A stretch of DNA of 64,000 bases from an uncultured Acidimicrobiia bacterium (GTDB lineage Bacteria; Actinomycetota; Acidimicrobiia; Spongiisociales; UBA5794), in assembly GCA_963823505.1 (NCBI GenBank), contig CAWGLY010000008.1, forward strand, positions 440,574 through 504,573. The letters are read 5' to 3'. Below are positions 1-8,516 of the stretch, in pieces. The notes under the pieces were generated by a model. That model did no database searches and had not been told where the DNA came from. It saw only the letters and a program-made list of their open reading frames with translations. The translations under genes and the position numbers were made by a program. Position 1 is the stretch's first letter, and each line of letters begins with the position of its first letter.

Positions 1-219
1 CTTGGCCAGATGATGCGGGTGCTCGGCTACGCCCAGGCGCCCCTCGCCCTCGGCATCATTCCCTTCCTCTCCTTCATCGGTGTGGTGTGGGCGCTGGTGG
101 CGGCCGTCGTCGCCATCCGTGAAGGCCAGGACTTCACCACGGGCAAGGCCATCGGCACCGTCATCATCGGCTGGATCGCCTACGCCGTAGCGATGAGCAT
201 CGTCTACGCCATCTTCTGA
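1..219 (+). CDS. YIP1-family membrane protein, C-terminal part (5' end probably outside window)
   Basis: Hydrophobic helices 'RVLGYAQAPLALGIIP...LVAAVVAIRE...TTGKAIGTVIIGW' typical of bacterial Yip1 domains; frame open to window start. Confidence 0.65.
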   Translation, partial: LGQMMRVLGYAQAPLALGIIPFLSFIGVVWALVAAVVAIREGQDFTTGKAIGTVIIGWIAYAVAMSIVYAIF

Positions 220-247
220 TCCGCCGCGCCACGTCGAGCGGAACTCG

Positions 248-1699
248 TCACCGCATCGTCCATTCGTCGGTCCAGAGAGCGAGACTGCGGTTGGTGACGG
301 CTGGGCCCCACGTCCCGGCCGCGTACGGATGGATGGGGACGTCGGTCATGTGCAGGATGGGATCCCAGAGCCTCCAGCTCGCTTCTACCTCGTCGCTTCG
401 GACGAACAGCGTCTGGTCGCCGGTCATGACGTCGTAGATGAGCGTCTGATACGCATGAGGGATGCGGACGAACTCCTTCTCGTAGTCGAAGTACATCTCC
501 TTGGAGACCACGTCGGTAACGCCTGGTGACTTGACCTCAAAACGGATCTCAAACCCCTCGTCCGGCTGAAGGGTGAGCACGATGACGTTGGGTTGGATCG
601 TGCACTCGTCGGCTTCGCCGTGGAAGAGGCACAGCGGTGGCGGTTTGTAGGTCACCGCTATCTGCGTCGTCCTCGCCGGGAGTCGTTTGCCGGTGCGGAG
701 ATAGAAGGGCACCCCCTGCCATCGCCAGCTGTGGATGGCAACCTTCACGCCGGCAAACGTTGGAGTCGTCGAATCGGGCGCCACGCCTTCTTCTTCGAGG
801 TATCCAGGCACCGGGTCGCCATCAATGGTGCCCGCGGTGTACCGCCCGTACACGACGTACTCAGGGTCGATGCGGTGAATCGACTCCAACACCTGCACCT
901 TCTCGTTGCGGATCGCATCGGCGGAGAATCGGCTCGGCGCCTCCATCGCCACCAGCGTCATGAGCTGGGTCAGGTGGTTCTGCACCATGTCGCGGAGCAC
1001 CCCCGCAGACTCGTAGTACCCGGCCCGCGAGCCGACCCCGAGATCCTCCGCCACTGTGATCTCGACGGCCTCGAGCCGGTCGCGGTTCCAGGTGGTCTCG
1101 AACAGCGGGTTGGCGAAGCGGAAGGTGAGGAGATTCTGGACCGTTTCCTTCCCCAGGTAGTGGTCGATCCGATACACCTGGGATTCATCGAAATGGCGAT
1201 GAACGAGGTAGTTCAGTTCCCTGGCCGAGGCGAGGTCCTTGCCAAACGGCTTTTCGATCACCAACCGGGTCCAGCCGCTGGATGTGTTCAGGTCGGCGCG
1301 TCCGAGGTTGTCGATCACACCTGGGAAGGCCGCAGGCGGGAGCGCCAGGTAGAACGCCCGGTTGCCCGGCAGACCCAGATCCGATTCGATCCCGGCGATC
1401 CGAGCCCTGAGCGCGGAGTAGTCGTTCTCGTCTCTTGCCAACGGTTCGTAGAAGATGCGTTCGCGGCACCACGCTCGGGCATCACGATCGTCCAGCCCAG
1501 CGGCGTCGAGCGACTCCTCCGCCAACGTGCGGAACTCATCGTCGCTCATCTCAGTCGGCGACACGCCGAGGATCGCCGCACGGTCTGCAACCCCGTTCTC
1601 GGTGACGATGCGGTACAGGGAGGGCAGCAGCTTGCGGTAGGTGAGATCTCCGGTGGCGCCGAAGATGATGAAGACGTGGCGATCGCAGAGTTCGGTCAC
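248..1699 (-). CDS. zwf: Glucose-6-phosphate 1-dehydrogenase
   Basis: GATGDL Rossmann motif, 'IEKPFG', 'YRIDHYLGKE', 'LRDMVQNHL', 'WQGVPFYLRTGK'. Confidence 0.97.
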   Translation of the reverse strand: MTELCDRHVFIIFGATGDLTYRKLLPSLYRIVTENGVADRAAILGVSPTEMSDDEFRTLAEESLDAAGLDDRDARAWCRERIFYEPLARDENDYSALRARIAGIESDLGLPGNRAFYLALPPAAFPGVIDNLGRADLNTSSGWTRLVIEKPFGKDLASARELNYLVHRHFDESQVYRIDHYLGKETVQNLLTFRFANPLFETTWNRDRLEAVEITVAEDLGVGSRAGYYESAGVLRDMVQNHLTQLMTLVAMEAPSRFSADAIRNEKVQVLESIHRIDPEYVVYGRYTAGTIDGDPVPGYLEEEGVAPDSTTPTFAGVKVAIHSWRWQGVPFYLRTGKRLPARTTQIAVTYKPPPLCLFHGEADECTIQPNVIVLTLQPDEGFEIRFEVKSPGVTDVVSKEMYFDYEKEFVRIPHAYQTLIYDVMTGDQTLFVRSDEVEASWRLWDPILHMTDVPIHPYAAGTWGPAVTNRSLALWTDEWTMR

Positions 1700-1702
1700 C
1701 GC

Positions 1703-2611
1703 TCAGTCCTCTTGTTTGACGGCGTGGCCGCCAAATTGGTTGCGCATCGCGGAAAGCAGCCTGTCGGAGTATTCGAGCTCGTCTCGCGAACCGATGCGGC
1801 GCATCAACGAAAGCCCGATGATGGGGGTCGAGACGTTGAGGTCGATGGCTTCGAACACCGTCCACCGGCCTTCGCCGGAGTCCGGCACGTACGGGGCGAT
1901 GCCATCCATCGCGGGATTCTCCGAGAGGGCGTCAACGGTCAGATCCAGCAGCCACGATCGCACAACGCTGCCGTGCTGCCAGATCCGGGCAACCTGCTCG
2001 AGGTCGAGACCAAAATCGTCCTTCTTCTCGAGGATGGCGAATCCTTCTGCGTACGCCTGCATCAGCCCGTACTCGATACCGTTGTGAATCATCTTCGTGA
2101 AGTGGCCCGAACCTGCCGGTCCGACGCGACCCCAGCCGCGGTCGGGGGCCGGTGCCAACGCCTCGAAGATGGGGCGGAGTCGCTCGATCGGTTCCTCATC
2201 GCCGCCGACCATCATGGAGTAGCCCTCGGTGATTCCCCATATCCCACCGCTCGTTCCCACATCGATGAAGTGGTGGCCGTCTGCCCGGCAGTGGCGGTAG
2301 CGGCGGATCGTGTCTTTGTACAGCGAATTGCCGCCGTCGATCATGATGTCGCCTTCGACCATGTGGGGGTTCAGCGCCGTGATGGTGGCGTCCACCGGGG
2401 CACCGTGGGGCACCATGATCCACACCGCTTTGCGGCCGTCGAGCTTGGAGGCGAGGTCATCGACCGACGCTGCGCCGGTCCCGCCGGTGGCGACGAGGTC
2501 GGCTACCGCCGCCGGGTCGAGGTCGAAGCCGACGACGTCGTGGCCGGCCTTGATGAGGCGCTCGCTCATGTTGGCGCCCATGCGGCCGAGACCGATCATT
2601 CCGAGTTGCAT
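1703..2611 (-). CDS. gnd: 6-phosphogluconate dehydrogenase, decarboxylating (short YqeC-like form)
   Basis: 'GMIGLGRMG', 'IDGGNS', 'DVGTSGG', 'KMIHNGIEYG', 'DSGEGRW', 'MRNQFGGH'; ends 3 bp upstream of zwf. Confidence 0.95.
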   Translation of the reverse strand: MQLGMIGLGRMGANMSERLIKAGHDVVGFDLDPAAVADLVATGGTGAASVDDLASKLDGRKAVWIMVPHGAPVDATITALNPHMVEGDIMIDGGNSLYKDTIRRYRHCRADGHHFIDVGTSGGIWGITEGYSMMVGGDEEPIERLRPIFEALAPAPDRGWGRVGPAGSGHFTKMIHNGIEYGLMQAYAEGFAILEKKDDFGLDLEQVARIWQHGSVVRSWLLDLTVDALSENPAMDGIAPYVPDSGEGRWTVFEAIDLNVSTPIIGLSLMRRIGSRDELEYSDRLLSAMRNQFGGHAVKQED

Positions 2612-2826
2612 GTCATCTCCTCGAGGGGTCGGGCGAGGGAGCCCAACCTACTGGACCGGAGTCGCCGGCCGGGGCAACGGGCGTGGCTCCAATCTCGAAG
2701 CGGGACCGTCGTGGTGGCAACGGTCGGCAGGTGCGGCAAAAGGACGTCCTGCTCTATCGAGATGCTGCCGGCTTCTGTAGGCCGTTGGGTAGGCAACCGC
2801 TGTCAGGGTCCAGTAAGGGGGAGAAC

Positions 2827-4665
2827 ATGCAGGTTCTCGAACGCGCTGGGCGGCGAAGCTACGGAGTGCGTATAGCGGAGCGCTCGCTGGTTGCCATCGT
2901 TGTGGTGTGCGTGCTGGCTGCTTCAGCCCTGCTGGTGGATCATGACTCACCCGCAAGAGCGGCCGCGGCCGAGCCGGCGGTCCTGGTCCATCCTGAGGGA
3001 GCTGCGGGGGACTCGTTTGGGTGGGACGTCGACACGGATGGGAGCAGAGTGGTGGTCGGAGCGCCGTACCACGACGAGTTGTCGCCGTACGTATTCAAAG
3101 ACATCGGATCCATGAGCGCGTACTCGGGCGCATCGTGGGATCACGAGACCACGGTCTCCTGCACGAACACAAATCCGCTGGGCGAGATGTATGCACGCTG
3201 GTTCTGCGGCTACTCCGTTGCGGTCGAGGGCGACACCACGTTGATGGGTGCACCTCAGATGCCCAACGACCCGCTTGGAGAGTTGAAGGTCTACGGCGGC
3301 GTGGTGGAAACAGACTGGTCCGGCGCTGATCTGGTTCATCAGTTCACGTACGGCTACCAATCGACCAGCTTCTACGGCGCTGCAGTGGATATTGCGCAGG
3401 GCCAGCGGCTCCTGGGTGCGCCGTGGACGCGCTACTGGGTCGATGACGAACCCGTCGAGATGGTCGGCGAAGCGCGGATAGTCGGCTCCGACTGGCTCGA
3501 AGCACCGGCTCCAACGGAGGGGCTCGAGTTCGGCTGGTCGGTCGGCATCGACGACGACCTGGCCGTGGTGGCATCGAAGGGTGCCGTTTACGTCTTCCGC
3601 GACGCTGGTGGCTGGGTCGTGGTCCAGGAGCTTCCGCACCCAACCGACGAGTGGCTTGCGGTGGCGCTCGATGATGGCGTCCTCGTGGTCGGGAGCAGGC
3701 TCGAGTCGAGTCCCCGCGGCGGGACCGGCATCGCCGTCGTCTACGAGTGGGATGGATCAGCCTTCGCCGAGGTGCAGACCCTATGGGCGGACGATGGAGC
3801 CGAAGGGGATTGGTTCGGGCGCGCCGTGGCGATCGACGGGGAGCGGATCGCCGTCGGGGCTCCGGACCATGGCGCAGGTGCCGCGTATGTGTATGCGTCC
3901 GATGGTGCCTCGTGGCAGCTCGAGGAGAAGCTGACCGCACCGATTGGTGAGGCCGGCGATTGGTTCGGCTGGAGCGTGGCCGTCCACGGAACGGTCATCG
4001 CCGTCGGCGCTCCCCATGACGACAACGCCGCGGGCAACGATGCGGGAGCGGCCTACGTCTTCGACCTCGACGCGGCCTCCCCGCCGCCGCCGACAACGAC
4101 AACCCTCCCACCGGGAGATCACGACGGGACCTTCATCGATGACGACGATTCGATCTTCGAAGCCGACATCGAGTGGCTGGCGGCGTCGGGAATCACGAAA
4201 GGGTGCAATCCTCCCGAAAACACGATGTACTGCCCGGATCGTGCGGTGACGCGGGGTCAGATGGCAGCGTTCTTGGTGCGAGCGATGGGGTATCTGGACG
4301 ACGGTGGTGGTGGCTTGTTCGTGGACACGGTCGGTTCGGTGTTTGCGGCTGATATCGACAAGCTGGCGACGGCTGGGGTCACCAAGGGCTGCAACCCTCC
4401 GGCGAATGATCGCTATTGCCCGGATCGTGCGGTGACGCGGGGTCAGATGGCAGCGTTCTTGGTGCGGGCGATGGGGTATCTGGACGACGGTGGTGGTGGC
4501 TTGTTCGTGGACACGGTCGGTTCGGTGTTTGTGGCTGATATCGACAAGCTGGCGACGGCTGGGGTCACCAAGGGCTGCAACCCTCCGGCGAATGATCGCT
4601 ATTGCCCGGATCGTGCGGTGACGCGGGGCCAGATGGCAGCGTTCTTGCACCGTGCGATGGGCTGA
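2827..4665 (+). CDS. Secreted FG-GAP-repeat (beta-propeller) protein with C-terminal S-layer homology repeats
   Basis: N-terminal hydrophobic signal, repeated 'FGxSVAxDG...VGAP' FG-GAP units, PT linker, three SLH-like units; ATG at 2827 follows a GGGGAG RBS. Confidence 0.85.
   Translation: MQVLERAGRRSYGVRIAERSLVAIVVVCVLAASALLVDHDSPARAAAAEPAVLVHPEGAAGDSFGWDVDTDGSRVVVGAPYHDELSPYVFKDIGSMSAYSGASWDHETTVSCTNTNPLGEMYARWFCGYSVAVEGDTTLMGAPQMPNDPLGELKVYGGVVETDWSGADLVHQFTYGYQSTSFYGAAVDIAQGQRLLGAPWTRYWVDDEPVEMVGEARIVGSDWLEAPAPTEGLEFGWSVGIDDDLAVVASKGAVYVFRDAGGWVVVQELPHPTDEWLAVALDDGVLVVGSRLESSPRGGTGIAVVYEWDGSAFAEVQTLWADDGAEGDWFGRAVAIDGERIAVGAPDHGAGAAYVYASDGASWQLEEKLTAPIGEAGDWFGWSVAVHGTVIAVGAPHDDNAAGNDAGAAYVFDLDAASPPPPTTTTLPPGDHDGTFIDDDDSIFEADIEWLAASGITKGCNPPENTMYCPDRAVTRGQMAAFLVRAMGYLDDGGGGLFVDTVGSVFAADIDKLATAGVTKGCNPPANDRYCPDRAVTRGQMAAFLVRAMGYLDDGGGGLFVDTVGSVFVADIDKLATAGVTKGCNPPANDRYCPDRAVTRGQMAAFLHRAMG
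4231..4650 (+). repeat. 186-bp (62-aa) near-identical tandem repeat encoding SLH-like units
   Basis: tgcccggatcgtgcggtgacgcgggg... recurs at 4231, 4417 and 4603. Confidence 0.9.
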
Positions 4666-4730
4666 CGGTCAGGCGAACCGGCACCGGCGGCCGATCATGG
4701 TCAGATTCGGGCGAGGGCGCAGAGAGCGGG

Positions 4731-5501
4731 TTAGCGGGCCCTGGCGATATGCGCGGTGGCAGCGACCATGAGCTCGCGAACCGCATCTTTGTCGTGGCCA
4801 TTGTGCGAGCGACCGTATTGGGCGGCAAGGGCGGCCTTGACCAGTTCGTCGTAGCCGATGCGGCCCAACGCCCAGTCACCACCTGCGAGCTTTGATCCCA
4901 ACTCACCCTCGTCGGCAAACATCCACGCCCGGCACGCATTGAGCACCGGGCTGCGGAAGCCCGCTTCGGCGTCATGGATGAGCCACCACTCCAACTCGTC
5001 GGAGCAGGCATTGAGGATCATCTCCCGCGAGATGGGCCCGAACATGAATTGTGGCGCAGGTCCTGCAATGTAGGTCTCGGTCTGGCGGACAACCGCCGCA
5101 GCCAGGCGAGGTGTCGGAGCTCCCACCTCGTCGAAGGCCACCTGCGGTTCCCAGCGACGAGTGGCGTACAGCCCGACGGTCAGCAGCGAGCGTGGCAAGT
5201 CGGGAGGGTTCTTGGCGTCGTGACTGGTCACGAGGACCAAGTCGAGCCCACGGCCGGGCAGCCCGATGGACTCCCGCGGCTTGAGGCGCGTCACGATCTC
5301 CTGGCAATCGGAGCGCGAGAGTTTCTCGCTGACGACAGCGATCAAATCCACATCGCTCACTCCCGCGACATAGTCCCCAAATGCCAATGACCCGAACGGA
5401 TAGATGCCCACCAGGCGGCCTCGGACGACATCCGACAGCGTCCGTCGCACCAAATCCACCACGTGGGCAACGCCCGGGTCCCTCCTTTGTGGAAAGCCCA
5501 T
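4731..5501 (-). CDS. Aminoglycoside adenylyltransferase-like nucleotidyltransferase (NTase + DUF4111-like domain)
   Basis: 'GIYPFGSLAFGDYVAGVSDVDL' GS..DxD motif and C-terminal 'VLNACR...SKLAGGDWAL'; ATG 5501 lies 6 nt after a CATACT -10-like hexamer. Confidence 0.75.
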   Translation of the reverse strand: MGFPQRRDPGVAHVVDLVRRTLSDVVRGRLVGIYPFGSLAFGDYVAGVSDVDLIAVVSEKLSRSDCQEIVTRLKPRESIGLPGRGLDLVLVTSHDAKNPPDLPRSLLTVGLYATRRWEPQVAFDEVGAPTPRLAAAVVRQTETYIAGPAPQFMFGPISREMILNACSDELEWWLIHDAEAGFRSPVLNACRAWMFADEGELGSKLAGGDWALGRIGYDELVKAALAAQYGRSHNGHDKDAVRELMVAATAHIARAR

Positions 5502-5606
5502 ACCGGGAGTATGACGGATGGGGGCCGAAATGTAGACGGTCGATCGACTCATTCTGTCGACGTCCGTCCTTGTCTGGCGATGTATGGCGTTACAGAGCGG
5601 TTGTGC

Positions 5607-6089
5607 CTACAGCGGATGCCGACGTCGCGACGAAATCACGCCCGTGTCGAACCCCCCGAGGTGCAGCTTGCCGCTGAATCGGGCGTGCTCGATCTTCAGG
5701 CAGCGGTCCTGCACCACTTCGAGCCCGGCGTTGCGGGCACGTTGTGCCGCTTCGTCGTGGCGAAGACCGAGTTGGAACCACACGACCCTGGCGCCGACCT
5801 CGATGGCTTCTTCGACCACGGCCGGTATGGCGTCCTCCCGCCGGAAGATATCCACGATGTCGGGGACCTCCGGCAGATCGTGCAGTGCGGGATAGCAGCG
5901 GAGACCAAGCACCTCGCCGTATGCCGGGTTCACGGGGTAGGTCGCAAGCGGCGTCCTGACGAGGTACGTCGCAACGAAGTTGGACGAACGGATCGGGTTT
6001 GCCGACACGCCAACAAGGGCCACCGAACGTGCCTCCCGGATGATTCTGAGCCGCTCCCGGGCGGTTGCGTCTGGGAAGGTGCTCGTCAT
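5607..6089 (-). CDS. CoA-binding protein (YccU family)
   Basis: 'VALVGVSANPIRSSNFVATYL', 'YPVNP', 'VDIFRR', 'VVWFQLG', 'VVQDRCLKIEH'; directly downstream of metY. Confidence 0.9.
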   Translation of the reverse strand: MTSTFPDATARERLRIIREARSVALVGVSANPIRSSNFVATYLVRTPLATYPVNPAYGEVLGLRCYPALHDLPEVPDIVDIFRREDAIPAVVEEAIEVGARVVWFQLGLRHDEAAQRARNAGLEVVQDRCLKIEHARFSGKLHLGGFDTGVISSRRRHPL

Positions 6090-6108
6090 CACGTTCCTTC
6101 CAGGGCGC

Positions 6109-7401
6109 TCACTGAGAACCGCCTGCCAGGGCATTGCCCAGGTCCCACAGGATGTCATCGACGTCTTCGAGCCCGACGGAGATCCGGATCATGTCGTCGC
6201 CGACCCCCGAGGCGCGCCGTTCTGCAACGGGTACCTGCTGGTGGGTGGTCGACGCAGGGTGGATGACGAGAGTCTTGGCATCACCGACATTGGCGAGATG
6301 GGACGCGAGTTCGACGTTCTCGATGAACCGGACCCCGGCATCGAACCCGCCCTTCAGGCCGAAGGTGAACACCGCGCCCGGCCCTCCAGGCACGTACTTG
6401 TGTGCAAGCGGTGTCCACGGGTTGTCGTCGAAGATCGGGAAGTTGACCCAGGCCACGGCTGGGTGGTCGCGAAGGAACGAAGCCACCTGCCTGGCGTTGT
6501 CGGCGTGGCGTTGCATCCGCAGCGGCAGTGTCTCGAGACCGATCAGCAGGAGAAACGAGTTGAAGGGTGACAGCGCCGCCCCGACATCTCGCAGCAGCTC
6601 GACGCGGGCGCGAGTCAGGTATCCGTACTCCCGGAAGTTCTCCCAGAACTGGAGGTCGTGGTACGCGGGAGAAGGCTCGACCAGCAGCGGGAACCTGCCG
6701 TTGTCGTAGGGGAACGTCCCCGCCTCGACGATGACACCTGCGATCACGACGCCGTGCCCGCCGATGAACTTGGTGGCCGAGTGCACGACGATGTCGGCGC
6801 CGTGTTCGATCGGCCGGCACAGGTACGGCGTAGCGAAGGTGTTGTCCACCACCAGGGGGATGCCGTGCTCGTGGGCGAGGGCGGCGTAGATCTCGATGTC
6901 GAGGATGTCGGCTTTGGGGTTGCCGATGGTCTCGCCGTAGAGCAGCTTGGTCCGGTCGGTGATCGCCGCAGCGACGGCGTGTGGGTCGGCGAAGTCCACG
7001 AACGTCACGTCGATGCCCATGCGGCGCAACGTGACGTCGAACTGGGTGTACGTCCCGCCGTACAGCGAGGTCGACGCCACCACCTCGTCGCCTTGCTGGG
7101 CGATCGTCAGCACGGCGATGAGCTGGGCGGCTTGCCCCGAAGCCGTGGCGACGGCGCCCAGGCCGCCCTCGAGCGACGCCATCCGCTCCTCGAACGCGGC
7201 CGTGGTCGGGTTTCCGATCCGGGTGTAGATGTTCCCGTACGTCTGAAGTGCGAACAGGTCGGCAGCCTGCTGCGCATCCTCGAACACAAACGACGTGGTG
7301 GCGTAGATCGGCATCGCCCGCGCTCCGGTCTCTGGGTCGGGGCGCTGCCCCGCATGTATCGAGCGGGTGGTGAAGCCGAACCGGTGGGCTTCATCGGTCA
7401 T
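6109..7401 (-). CDS. metY: O-acetylhomoserine aminocarboxypropyltransferase/sulfhydrylase (MetY family)
   Basis: 'IYTRIGNPT', 'ASGQAA', 'VDNTFATP', PLP lysine motif '[11 protein letters not shown]', '[22 protein letters not shown]'. Confidence 0.93.
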   Translation of the reverse strand: MTDEAHRFGFTTRSIHAGQRPDPETGARAMPIYATTSFVFEDAQQAADLFALQTYGNIYTRIGNPTTAAFEERMASLEGGLGAVATASGQAAQLIAVLTIAQQGDEVVASTSLYGGTYTQFDVTLRRMGIDVTFVDFADPHAVAAAITDRTKLLYGETIGNPKADILDIEIYAALAHEHGIPLVVDNTFATPYLCRPIEHGADIVVHSATKFIGGHGVVIAGVIVEAGTFPYDNGRFPLLVEPSPAYHDLQFWENFREYGYLTRARVELLRDVGAALSPFNSFLLLIGLETLPLRMQRHADNARQVASFLRDHPAVAWVNFPIFDDNPWTPLAHKYVPGGPGAVFTFGLKGGFDAGVRFIENVELASHLANVGDAKTLVIHPASTTHQQVPVAERRASGVGDDMIRISVGLEDVDDILWDLGNALAGGSQ

Positions 7402-7454
7402 GTCATGCTCCGGTCTGCATCGGGTCGGTTCCATGATGGTCGCGCATGCGGTGG

Positions 7455-7515
7455 CGGTGCGCTGCGGTCCCCTCTTGCCTGGCGCACGGGCAAGCAGGAG
7501 GGGACCGCCGCACCG
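7455..7515. terminator. Strong GC hairpin between the osmC-like gene and metY (terminator/attenuator or stabiliser)
   Basis: gcggtcccctc (7464-7474) pairs with gaggggaccgc (7498-7508), extended by cggtgcg/cgcaccg. Confidence 0.5.
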
Positions 7516-7518
7516 GTC

Positions 7519-8040
7519 CTATGCCAGCTCGATGGAGACCGGCACCGCCGCCTGGAGGGTGTGCCCAACGGGCGAGGTGCCCACCACTGCAGAGTGCAGC
7601 TCCGCGATCTCCGCAGCCGTCGCATCCGCATCCAGGTGCACCTTGACCGTCACCGCGTCGTAGCCCGCATGACCGGGGCGCAGCCCGAGGAACGTGTGCA
7701 GGTCGAGATCGCCCTCCAACTCGATACGCAGGTCGTTGATCTCGATGCCGCGGCCCGATGCGTTGGCGGCGTAGCCGACGGCGAGGCAGTTGCCCAAGGC
7801 TCCGAGCAGTTGCTCAACCGGGTTGGGTGCGGTGTCGCTGCCACCGAGTGCGGCAGGCTCGTCCGACTGGACGGGAGCGAAGTCCCGGATCTGGACCTCG
7901 GACTGGAACGCACCCTTCCAGGTGACGGCCGCCCTCCAGACGGTGGCGCCCTTCTCGGGCTCGGCGTTGATGGCTTCGGCCAGGCCTGCGACGGTGCGCA
8001 GGTCCACGTCGTTGAGTGGCTTGGTTGCTTCGAGCGTCAT
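7519..8040 (-). CDS. OsmC-family protein
   Basis: 'DEPAALGGSDTAPNPVEQLLGALGNCLAVGY', 'LEGDLDL', 'SPVGHTL'; GAGAGGA RBS. Confidence 0.9.
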   Translation of the reverse strand: MTLEATKPLNDVDLRTVAGLAEAINAEPEKGATVWRAAVTWKGAFQSEVQIRDFAPVQSDEPAALGGSDTAPNPVEQLLGALGNCLAVGYAANASGRGIEINDLRIELEGDLDLHTFLGLRPGHAGYDAVTVKVHLDADATAAEIAELHSAVVGTSPVGHTLQAAVPVSIELA

Positions 8041-8133
8041 GGGATGTGTCCTCTCGCGTTGGCGCTGGACGCGCCGTGTTGGATGTGATGGGCAAGAACG
8101 CCGCAGTGGATGCTCTCGGGTGGTGGCGTTCGC

Positions 8134-8235
8134 TCAGCGCAGAGTTGCTGCGCCCGGGCGGAACACCCGAGAGCGCAGACACATCTTCATGGACGGTGCT
8201 GCATGCACCGGAGATCGGGTAGCGGAAAGCTCCAT
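8134..8235 (-). CDS. Putative 33-aa leader peptide (MELSATRSPVHAAPSMKMCLRSRVFRPGAATLR)
   Basis: GAGAGGAG 8 nt before ATG 8235; TGA at 8134-8136; lies between the riboswitch and osmC; below the ORF-track cutoff. Confidence 0.25.
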   Translation of the reverse strand: MELSATRSPVHAAPSMKMCLRSRVFRPGAATLR

Positions 8236-8309
8236 CGACGCGGCTCCTCTCAATCGCTTGCTCTGTCGCGCTCTACGAGCGCCGCAAGCGGGGAACCCGC
8301 TGTCGGCAT

Positions 8310-8387
8310 CTCATCGATCAGGCATTGGCACCCGTCTTCGGGTTGCCGCGGCTTCGCAGGGCCTGTCCCTCCACCGCTCTAGATGAG
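8310..8387 (-). promoter_or_regulatory. SAM-I (S-box) riboswitch, compact variant
   Basis: Minus strand reads CTCATC-TAGAG-CGGTGGAGGGACAGGCCCTGCGAAGCCGC-GGCAACCCGAAGACGGGTGCC-AATGCC-TGATC-GATGAG, matching the S-box consensus; upstream of a methionine-synthesis operon. Confidence 0.9.
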
Positions 8388-8516
8388 CGCGTTGTTGGTG
8401 CGGGAGTAGAGCACGGCACGGGGGACACGTCAAGGGTCATGTCGGGTGCCCGGCTATCGGCAGCTGATCGGCGGTGGCTGCAGAATTGGTCGTTCACCGG
8501 CGGTACCCTCACGGAC

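Noticed and set aside
593-2875. 760-aa + strand ORF
   Set aside because: Antisense shadow of zwf/gnd; Arg/Val-rich with no motifs, as expected in high-GC DNA
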